Shown here piece after piece: positions 23,130 through 33,665 of a DNA stretch of 64,000 bases. Position 1 is the first letter of the stretch, and every line of letters starts with the position of its first letter. Made by a program: the position numbers and the translations under genes. Under the pieces are notes generated by a model, which saw only the letters and a program-made list of their open reading frames with translations, was not told the DNA's origin and did no database searches. Origin of the DNA: Hemiscyllium ocellatum (Eukaryota); NCBI RefSeq assembly GCF_020745735.1, contig NC_083420.1, positions 76,027,465 to 76,091,464 on the forward strand, given 5' to 3'.

Positions 23130-24245
23130 GGCCCTGTACACATCCAAACGCCATGATGGAGGCCTCGAAGCCCTCCGTTTCTTCCTGTCATGCCAACCCA
23201 AGCAGTACATGCTCAACCTCAACTACATTTCCTTTCAATCCTCCCACTTCCTCCAAACCAAAGGGGTAGCCATGGACCCCAGCTATGCCTGCCTCTTCGT
23301 CAGATATGTGGAACAGTCAATCTTCCACAGCTACACCGGTATCATTGCCCACCTTTACCACCGCTACATTGATGACTGTATCAATGCCACCTCATGCAAC
23401 CACTAGGAGGTTGAACAGTTCATTAACTTTACGAAAACCTTCCACCCTGACCTAAACTTTACAGGGACCATCTCGGACACCTCCCTCCCTTTCCTAGACC
23501 TCTCCATCTCTATCTCCAGTGACCAACTAAACATTTACTACAAGCCCACTGACTCCCACAGCTACCTGGACTACACCTCCTCCCACCCGACCTCAGGTAA
23601 AAATGCCATCCTTTATTCTCAATTCCTCTGCCTCCACCGCATCTGCTCCCAGGAGGTCCAGTTCCACCATAAAACATCCCAGATCCTTTATCAAAGAATG
23701 CAATTTCCCATCCCACGTGGTCGATGATGCCCTTGAACCCCATCCCTCCAATCGCAACAGGGAGCCCTCCTGGTCCTCATCTTCCACCGCACCAACCTTG
23801 CATACATCATATCATCCTCTGCTGCTTCCACCACTGTAAACAGACCCCATCACTCGGGGTATATTTCCCTCCCTACACCTATCTGCATTCCGGAGACACC
23901 ATTCCCTCCACGACTCCCTCGTCAGGTCCATGCCCCCCACCAGCCCACTCCCCACCCCTGTCACCTTCCCCTGTCACCACAGGAAGTGCAAAACCTGCGC
24001 CCACACCTCCCCCCTCACCTCCGACAAGGCCCCAAATGATCCTTCCACATCCCACAGAAACTTATCTATACTTCCACAAATGTCATCCACTGTGTCTGTT
24101 CCACCCGATGTGGTCTCCTCTGCATCAGGGAGACAGGACACTAACTTGCAGATCATTTAAGAGAACATCTCTGGGACACCCGTGCCAACCAACCCCACGG
24201 CCCTGTGGCTGAACACTTTAACTCCCCCTCCCACTCCACCAAGAA
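23130..24245 (+). mobile_element. Penelope-like element pseudogene (RT plus GIY-YIG)
   Basis: FLQTKGVAM.PSYACLF...YIDDCI (RT), IYYKPTDSHSYLDYTSSHP, then RKCKTCAH and VIHCVCSTRCGLL..HFNSPSH. Stops and frameshifts throughout. Confidence 0.88.
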
Positions 24246-24780
24246 CAGCCGGTCATATTCCTGTTCAATTCCAATGAATAAATACAAAATAACCGAGTCT
24301 GAATTTGGGATGATATTAATAGGATTTATTTCAATCTAAGCATGAACAGATTATTTTGACTTAACAGGTGGAGAGATTCACTTCCTGAAAAAGCAGCTCA
24401 AGTGATATAAGCTGGCACCAAACCGAGTCTGGTCAATACTGAGGCAAAAGTACAGCATCCAGTCTTGAGTGAAATAAATAAAGAAACTATCTTAACCCCG
24501 GAACAAGATAGAGTGTATTAAATATGAACAAAGACTCGAGTATTTTAGGATATAATAGAAAAGTAATTTATAGTATATTGAAATGCAAACAGAGATGTGA
24601 AGCCTCTACATTCTTCCTAGCTAAATTAATCATTTCAGAAATGCCTTTGTTAATTTTCATGTGTCACTCGTCGGTCCATTCCACGAACCTTGCGAGGTCC
24701 TTGTTAAATTCTGAACCATCAGGCGATGGTTCACAGTGGTTGCGAGTTTCATGTTACAGCAAATTGTGATGTTGTCCACT

Positions 24781-27585
24781 GTATGCCAATGTCTTAGTTA
24801 AAAATTTGAAGCAATCACAGCTCCAAACATTTACACAATATCACTATGGATCTTCCTTGAGTCCAAAAAAAAATCCCTTTGATCAATGATTTCTAAAATT
24901 TGTTCCCATATCTTTTTTTGAAGGACGTTTTCAAATAACTTGAAGTGCAAATGGTTCACATCAGTCGGAATACAGTAACATTTCATGTGTTACCCCACAC
25001 AAAAAAAATCAAGCAATTTTGTTATCACGAGTTGTTCTAAGCAAGTCTAGGATGGACTGTTTTATCAAACAAAATCATTTCCAATGTTGTGAGGGCTCGT
25101 CTATCTTCTGTGCAATGGTCTGAATTTTGTATCTGAATGCAGATGTAACTGGCTGCTCTGGGTAAAAGTACAGTTTGTGCCTTTCACATTGTTAATGTGT
25201 ATTGCTGACTTTAGTTGAATAAAGTGATGTTGTCCCAGGCATCGTCTGGCACCATTAATTAGACCATTAATTTCCACATTGCTAGCCGGAGAGTCAGGTG
25301 GAGTTTATTAATATCATTGAACCGAAGGCTTGGAATATTTCCGGTATGAATCATGTGAATTAGAGCCTCTGAACGAGACAAAGTAGGAAAGATGAATTGA
25401 GGAAAGATGAAGTTTTCACGACAGAGAGAGATCACTTCGCCCATTACACCTGTATCATGTGAAAACAGAACCTTCCAGCCAACACCCACTTTATAGCATG
25501 TTGTCCATAACCCTGCAGGTGATAGCACTTGAAGTAAACATTCGGGAACATTGTGTAGGGTCTAATCCATTATCAACATAGATATGATCTCCAATGCTGT
25601 AAATCCTGGCTTATGGGGAAAAAAGTAGGGGCAGAACACCCATTTCTAAACGTTGTTTCTCAGGACGTTTTGACAATTCTTGACTTAATATCATTGTAAA
25701 CTGACATGAAAAAAATGCAGACATGTTCCCCAGAAACGCTGACAGCAACATACCTTTACTCAGTCAAGATCAGCAAGATGAATTAAGAAAGTTTTTAAAA
25801 ATCTTTCTTTTAACTGATTATTGACAACACGGATTTCACAAAGTGAAACGTACAGAAGGGAAGGGTGGAGGGCTGGGTGTGGACGATGTTCACTTGTGAG
25901 AAACAAAGCTCACACACTTCAATAATTTCAGTCCGAGACAAAATCTGAATCAGTGGTGCCCTTTATTTCACTCTTGCAAGACGGTGTGATGTCCACTGTC
26001 CACAAGGCAGGGACACACACACTGAATTCAACTAATACACAATATTTATGTAATTTGGTTTCTATTTTTTTATTTCATTGCTCCTCCCCTGTTTACATCT
26101 TCCACTTCCCTAAGACCGGCGCCCTCCTTGTCTGTGACAAATGCTTATTTCTGGCCTCACAAGGCTGTTTGACATCATCCCGCTGTGGCCCATTGTTAGG
26201 CATATCCTTTCTTCACTATTATCTATTCCCTCCATCTGTGCCTTCCCCTACCATACTGATCCTTATGACCCTTTTAATTGGGGTTTGTTCCTGTGTTTCA
26301 GTAAAAGTGGGAAACAAATGTTTATACCTACTGTTTGTACAGACATATCTAGCTTAACTCCCTCCCCTCACAGCATCTTATCTATTCGTCTGTAATATCT
26401 ACCATTGTTTTGCAGTCACGTTTCATTCTTGCATACAATTTTAGTGAATACAAAAACAATTCTGTATTTCCTCTATATAGTTTCCATTCTTGTTGACTCA
26501 GCTCTTGGCTGTAACAATTACACACTGGTGTGAGTTCATTTACTTTGTATAAGTAATTATAATTGCAGAAGTAACACTACTTTACCTATATCCCACACAC
26601 TGTTCCCTGATGTCTGTTTGCATTTGTGAGCAACAGGTGAACCTGCGAACCAGATTCAGGATGGTACTGCAGGTATTTCAGCAGATACTGTGTAAACGGA
26701 ATTCTCCCATAAATCAGCAATGACATGAACATTTATTTTTTATGGTGTTTGAAACCAAATTAAATTGAACAATATGGTGGGACAAGTTCCTTTCATTTCT
26801 TTGAACTAGTATCAAGGGACACTCTCTGTGGACCTGGAGTGGCAGGAGGATCTTTAACAGCAGAATGTGAGGGAACAAAGTTACCGTTGGAAATCCAGAT
26901 AGACTGGAACTTGTTTCACTGGAGGGTGAGAGTTCGGGGGGTGACCTCATATAAGTTTATAAAGCCATGAGTGGAAAGGTGAATGGCTCTAATTTACATG
27001 ATTCATCCTGGAAATGTACGAAGCTTTCGTTTCAAAAATATCACATATCAATAAACTCCACCTGATCCTCTGGCGAGCGATGTGGAAATTAATGGTCTAA
27101 TTAATGGTGCCAGACGATGCCTGGGGCAACATCCCTTTATTCAACTAAAGTCAGCAATATACATTAACAATGTGAAAGGCGCAAACTGTACTTTTACCCA
27201 GAGCAGCCAGTTTCATCTGCAGTCAGACACAACTTCAAAATTCAGACCATTGCACAGAAGATAGACAAGCCCTCACAACACTGGAAATGATTTTGTTTGA
27301 TAAAAGAATTCATCGTAGACTTCCTCAGAGCAACTCATGTCAACAAACTTGTTTTTTTTGTGTGTGGGGTAACACACGAAATGTCACTTTAATACGATTG
27401 ATGTGAACCACTTGCATTTCAGAAGTTATTTGAAAACGTCCATCACATTAGATACGCGAATAAATTTTACAAATCATTGATCAAAGGGGACAATCTTTTT
27501 TGGACTCAAGGAAGATCCATAGTAATATTTTGTAAATGTTTGGAGCTGGGATTGTTTTCAATTTTTGACCCAGACATTGTCGTAT
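24781..27585. repeat. Long inverted repeat pair: arms ~24781-25367 and ~26985-27585
   Basis: e.g. 25141-25270 is the reverse complement of ~27080-27230 (tggaaattaatggtctaattaatggtgccagacgatgcctgg...acccagagcagccagtt). About 590-bp arms, roughly 85% identical by eye, 1.6-kb spacer. Confidence 0.85.
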
Positions 27586-29687
27586 TTTCCCTATGGTGGG
27601 GGATTTCAACAATAGGGAACATGTTTTACAATGAGAGGAGAAAAATTTTTAAAACGATATCAGAGACAACTTTTTATACAGAGAATGGTTTGTGTCTGGG
27701 ATGATCTGGTGGTGGATACTTACAACCTATAGAAGACATTTGGATAAGTAAATGAATATCAAATGTTTGGAAGGATATGGGCCAAGTACACACAGGTGGG
27801 ATTAGTTTAGTTTGGGATTATGACTGGCATGGACTGGTTGGACTGAAGTGTCTGTTTCCATGCTGTCTCACTCCATGACTCTATGACTAGTTATCAATTT
27901 TTCTCAACATTAAACAGTGCTGCAGTGATCCTCGAATGAACTGTTGATGTTTAGGTTGTGTCTGAGACTCTGCGAATATTTCCTTCAATGAGAGGAGGGA
28001 CTAGTTCTCCAAGTTTCACAACTGAAAAATAAACTTTTCTCCAGTATTGTTGCTGAGTAGATTTGTTTCTGCAGAGGCAGTGGTTATGGTTTGCAGTTTG
28101 CTTTCCACCAACTGGTCAACAGTGAGACAAAATATCTTTGATCCCCTGCAGAAACTCCACCTGCTTCCAGTAAATGAACCTGGGAACTCAAGGACCTTTT
28201 CTGCAGTCAGCTTAATTGCTGCCAACTATTGTATCTGGCCTATTAAAGGGAAAATGAATCAACTAAAGTAAAATCCTACCAAACAAACTATATTTTCCCA
28301 TGTACTCACAATGGATACATTTCACTTGGCATTTCTTCTTTAAAAAGGAAAGTCACTGAATACAGCATTCACTGTATGACTATCAGAAACAGGACATTGA
28401 ATGCAATGACATTCTGGTTAGTTCAGCCTGTTTATTGAGTATCTTTAAAGCTCCTGAATATGAAGTTAATGGATCCAAAATCCCACATTGCAGTAACATT
28501 TGTTATCATCTCAAAGTAAATTAACAAACTTGAATTGGTTCAAACTCACATCACTTGGTACACCATTCACTGATTCATTTATCTCATTAAAACTGAGTGG
28601 GCCCTTTATACATGGTTAACACTGGTGTCGTGTAACAGCGAATTTCTGCTTATTTTTATGAGTTAACTGCCCCTGTCAGAGCTATCAGTGAGCAGAGAAA
28701 TGGACTGTTTATAACCTACATTCGTGGTAATGATTATTGTAATACTCTCTAATTTAACCAAACACTCCTGATGTACCCAGACAGTTACCTGCAATGGTTT
28801 AGATGTTGAGGATTTTTTTTAAAAAAACGTATGGACTGTCCTGTTCTAGTTCATTAGATGCTCTTTCAAAAGTTTACCTAGGTGTTATGTATCACTGCCA
28901 ACTCACTTTTTGCTTCTCAGGCACACAGCCTTCCTTTACTATGCATTTTAAAAAATTTGAAAAAAAGATGCAAGGAGAGACATTCTGCAATGTAAGGAGG
29001 TGCTTCTAATCTCCGGGTCCAAGCTGTTTAGTGATATCCACTCACATTCTGAACATAATCACTTTAGTCCTGCTCCATATTAGGTTGCCTAAATGGAATT
29101 TAGAAACGCAGATTAGAAATGGGATGTTATTTTGTAAAGTGAGAGAGACGTTGAGTGACAGCAAAAATAAAGTCACTCATTTTGTTGGTTAATAATATGA
29201 TTGAAGTTCTTTTTAGCTTTATCTGCTTGTAGTGGAATGTAGAATTAAAGGGAGTTAACTTCTAATTGAATATTCTGAATATAATCACTTTGGACACGCT
29301 CTGTATTCAGTTGCCTAAATTGAATTTTGAAATGTTTAGTATGAATTACATGTTATTTTGTAGTGGGACAGAGACTGGCAGTGTTCTGGGGAAAAAACTC
29401 AATTGTTTTACTAGCTAGTAATATGTTTGAACTTTGATTTTAGTTTTATCTGTTTGTGAATGAATGTAGAAATAATGGGAGTTAACTTCCGAATGAATTT
29501 ATTTTAAAACAAAATACTTGTAACTATCATGTGAAATTGACCTGAAGGTACTCAATTTTACTTCCACCATTAAAAAAAAACACTCCCAAAGAAGCTATTC
29601 AGCAAAATAAATATCCCAAGATGTGTATATATCCATGTTTAAGCGTAACCTGGTAAATACATGAGCCCATGTGTTGGGGCTGTGCAA

Positions 29688-29773
29688 GCTGAGACCAGGA
29701 TCCAGTCTCAGCCTCCAGCAGGAAACCAACAGGCGGAAGCTGTGAGCCTGCCCTTTCCGATGGCCATATAAAT
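29688..29773 (+). promoter_or_regulatory. VH promoter: TATAAA 29767-29772, Ets-like GGAA cores, 8-bp inverted repeat; no octamer
   Basis: TATA box ~90 bp before the leader ATG. gctgagac (29688-29695) and gtctcagc (29705-29712). No ATGCAAAT/ATTTGCAT in the proximal region, as reported for shark IgH promoters. Confidence 0.6.
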
Positions 29774-29859
29774 CCTAGGCACTGGACCGTAATTCAACAC
29801 TCCAGGATCGGCTTTGTTTAGAAAGATCTTGACAGAACCGCTTCCCAGAAGTTATCAGA

Positions 29860-29908
29860 ATGATTGTGTCGACAATTTTTCTCAGTTTATTACTGACTTT
29901 CTTATCAT
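29860..29908 (+). CDS. IGHV: IgH leader exon ([17 protein letters not shown])
   Basis: Hydrophobic signal peptide. Donor T|gtgagt at 29909; 106-bp intron to aaAG|30015, in frame with VQS-EIVLTQ. Confidence 0.92.
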
Positions 29909-30014
29909 GTGAGTGTTTTTTTTGTTTCAGTCTGTCTTTGTTGCTGTCTCAATGTTAGTCTCCCTCAGGAATGTAAAAGTAATGCTCATGGTTTATTTCT
30001 TGTCTTTTTTAAAG

Positions 30015-30374
30015 GTGTCCAGTCGGAGATTGTTTTGACCCAGCCAGAGGCAAAGACTGGCCATCCCGGAAGCAGCCTGACACTGACCTGTAAAACCAGC
30101 GGGTTCGATCTTGGCAGCTATAGCATGCACTGGGTCCGCCAGGTTCCCGGCCAGGGTCTGGAGTGGCTGCTTTGGTACCATAGTTCATCCAGCAATAAAT
30201 ATACACCAGCGATTCAGGGTCGATTTACTGCGTCCAAAGACAATTCAAACAACATTTTCTCGTTGAAAATGACTGACCTGAAGATCGAAGACACCGCCAT
30301 CTATTACTGTTGGGTATATAGCTGGGGTGCTGTTGATTACTGGGGCCAAGGGACCATGGTGACAGTGACTTCAG
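30015..30374 (+). CDS. IGHV: Pre-joined (germline-joined) VH-D-JH exon, in frame
   Basis: [39 protein letters not shown]...[30 protein letters not shown]|gtaag. Canonical Cys/Trp/Cys/WGQG. V, CDR3 and J are contiguous, with no heptamer/nonamer. Confidence 0.95.
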
Positions 30375-30900
30375 GTAAGAACTTTGAACATTCATAATGA
30401 CTTTTTAAAAACTTTCTATTCATGTGACTAATTTCTGAATTAAATGAAACTCAGATTCTGTGCTGAGTTTGGTTTGGTTTGGATTGATTTTTGTTCAGAC
30501 TGATTATAGACTTCAATTAAGGCTCAGCAAATAGTTAAAATGGTGATGATGGAGTCATTTGCTCAGTGTATCTCTTTTTTTTGATCAGATGGACATTCTA
30601 TGTGGCTGGGTTACTTGAAACACCTAATGTCTCTTAATCAGTCAGCTATAAATAATGTTTAATGTCAGTGACACCCTGACTGTGAGTTTTATTATCAACA
30701 ACAAATGCTACGAATTCAAAGATGTTCAAGATATTACCAAACATGACTAAAATATGCTAAAATATCATTATTCATTTCTTGAATATATGTTCTTACCATG
30801 ATTATATTTTCTCATTTATTTTGTTAATTTTGTTGATGACAAGCAGGTTAGAAACTGTCATCAAAGTTTCTTGCGGTGCTATATTGCATTCTGTTGATTA

Positions 30901-31178
30901 GATTCGGAGTTTGTTTTACTTGATTCTGTTGAATTGAGTTGATTGGATTTTGGCTTTGTTTTAGTTGATTCGGGTTGAACTGTGTTGATTGGATTCTGAC
31001 TTTGTTTTTACTTGGTTTTGTTGAATTGTGTTGATTGACTTTTGAAATTGTTTTATTTGATTCTGTTGAATTGAATTGGTTGGATTCTGATTATATTTCA
31101 TTCAAATCTGTTGTTTTAAGTTGATTGGATTCTGATTTTGTTTTCCTTGTTTCTGTTGAATTGAGTTGATTGGATTCT
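30901..31178 (+). repeat. Minisatellite, ~6 copies of a 45-46-bp T/G-rich unit
   Basis: Consensus ~gattctgantttgttttanttgattctgttgaattgagttgattg. Units start at 30901, 30946, 30992, 31038, 31083 and 31128. Confidence 0.85.
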
Positions 31179-32788
31179 TATTCAGTTTGTGAAATTGATC
31201 TGCGTTTTCATGCTTTCTGAATCGATGTTTTCTTTCTGGTGAGGTGATTGACTCTCTGGATTACTTTTCATTACCAATATTTGTGAAGTTCTTTTGTTTT
31301 TCATGAATCATTTCTGCATTCGTTAAACTTATATGACACATTTTTCTCTGCTTGATTGAAAACATGACATCCATTTGTAACGGTCTGAAAAACAACTTAA
31401 GGCAGAAACCCAGATGTGTGAGAAATGAAAAAAAACGAGTTTTTAATGGATTGACTTTAAAAAAAACTCAGTTCTAATTGTAAACGAACTGACTTTTGTT
31501 TTAAGTAGCCTCATTCAAAATAAAATTTGGGACCTAAATCTGAAACTGCAGAATTGATCAGATTACGTAATTGAAACTGACTTAAAATTATAATGTGGTA
31601 ATATTTGTCCATTCAGTAATTTTGTTTTGACCATGAGGTGATTAATCAATATATGCCTTCAACCCCACTCTACTGTGCACTGCACAAGATTGTCATGATC
31701 AGGAAGGGTGTGCAGGTTAGAAATAAATTGAACTATTGCCAGAAACGTTACAGCTTTAAGTGTTAAGTCCCCTCACAAACAAGGTTGCTATTATGACCTG
31801 TTATTTCTATTCAATTTAATCATTAGTTTGCTTGATTCTGAGCAGCTTTGTTAGACTTCAATTTGGTTTTATTTGTGAGGTGACATCATGTTCTTGGTTC
31901 TGTTGAAAATGTTTGCAGAGCTAGTTCTGCTGCAAACATACCGTGCTGTGATCTGGTGATCGTTGATCTGTTGAGGAGGGACTGTGCTTGGGTAACATTA
32001 AATGTGTTATATTTGGGAAACCGTTTCTGGTTTCTAAATTGTTTTTGCAATGTTAACACGGTTGGTGACAGTGAACTGCTCTTTCCTCATTCAATGCAAT
32101 CAGCATGCGAGTTAAAATTTCATAAAGTCTATTATAAAGTGAAAGGCAAATCGCACAGGTTTTAGAAATGAAGGGAAAACAGATACCTTCAGGTGCTATT
32201 TTTACTTAAAATAAATAATTAAGGATTAATCTAATCCATGCTTTACAATCCAAATTCGAAACTCAACTATCTAGTTCAATCACAAGGTCTGTCTTTAAGC
32301 AGTTTACAAGTCATAGAGAAATATAAATAGAATTTCAAAAGTCTAATGTTCTAATAGTTCTTGCTCTTGAGCAAAAATGCCATGACTGTGCTATAATTGA
32401 TCAAGAAACACCTTTCAATTCCCCTGTACACTACATACATATTTTCCTGGCTGGAAAAGATCATTGGCAAAGACCATTTGGAAATTCTGCTCAATTCTAT
32501 GAAGAACAGATCAGTTTCACTGCTTTGATCAGTTTCACATATAACTTGAGTTAATTAATTGTTATGTCCCTGATTAAACTGGATTTGCAGGATAAAAATA
32601 AAACATTAACTGAATTATTTAACCTGCACAGTGCTTTAGGTGTTCCCAATCTGTGCATGTTAAATAAATAGTTACATATTACAACAAAATATCAACTGAA
32701 GAGTCATTCTTCGGGAAACAATTGCTATAGTGAATTATGTGACCAACCAAATTTCGAATTAATTAAAGTAATCCACTCATCAACTCCA

Positions 32789-33128
32789 GGGCAGCATGGT
32801 GGCTCAGTGATTGGCATTGCTGCCTCACAGCGCCAGGGTCCCAAATTTGATTCCACCCTCGGGTGACTGCCTGTGTGGAGTTTGCACATTCTCCCTGTGT
32901 CTGTGTGGGTTTCCTTCGAGTGCTGTGGTTTCCTACCACAGTCCAAAAGATGTGCAGGTCAGGTGATTGTGCAGTTTAGCACAGTCATAGTGTTCAGGGA
33001 TGTCTAGGTTAGGGTGCATTAGTCAGGGGTAAATATAAATTAGGGGGAATGGGTCTGGGTGGTCTACTTACTGTTCAGAGGGTCAGTGTGGAATTGTTGG
33101 GCCAAATGGCCCGTTTCCATACTGTAGG
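32789..33128 (+). mobile_element. tRNA-derived SINE, HE1/V-SINE type
   Basis: gggcagcatggtggctcagtg (A box)...tttgattcc (B box)...ctgcctgtgtggagtttgcacattctccctgtgtctgtgtgggtttcc (V domain). Confidence 0.8.
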
Positions 33129-33375
33129 AACTCTCCTCTTAAAACCATGGGAGTACTTGCTGCAAACGCAGAAAATTCATTTTACATCGATGTGTTCAGG
33201 CGTATGCAGAGTTCACAAATTTGCAGAAGACATGAACTAGAGGATAACAGAGCACATTGTTTATTCAAACACTGAAAATAGAGTAATATTTATTTTAATT
33301 AATATACTTGATCGATTTATTGCAATGTAGCGATCTGAAGTAATCTGCTCACATTAGTTCAGTGTGACAATCATT

Positions 33376-33665
33376 TAGATTAGATTTCCTGCAGTATGTA
33401 TCAGGCCATTTGGCCCAACAAGTCCACACCGACCCTCTGAAGCATAACCCACCCAGACCCATTCCCCTACCCTATATTTACCCCTGACTAATGCACCTAA
33501 CACTATAGACAATATAGCATGACTAGTTCACCTGACTTGCACATCTTTGGATTTTGGGAGGAAATCCACACAGACACAGGGGAGATTGTGTAAACTCCAC
33601 ATAGGCCGTCACCTGAGGCTGGAACCGAGCCTGGGTACCTGGATCTGTGAGGCAGCAGTGCCCAC
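33376..33665 (-). mobile_element. HE1/V-SINE, minus strand
   Basis: Reverse complement of the same V-domain sequence, with a tagattagatt tail. Confidence 0.78.

Noticed and set aside
25545-25610. Minus-strand peptide RIYSIGDHIYVDNGL resembling pyruvate kinase or an integrase C-terminal motif
   Set aside because: Too short, flanked by stops, and no further homology visible.
29860-30374. Processed (retrotransposed) Ig pseudogene as origin of the joined VDJ
   Set aside because: The leader intron, promoter and 10-kb J-C intron are present; there is no poly(A) tail or TSD.
30901-31178. CRISPR-like array
   Set aside because: Contiguous degenerate tandem units with no unique spacers, in a vertebrate intron.
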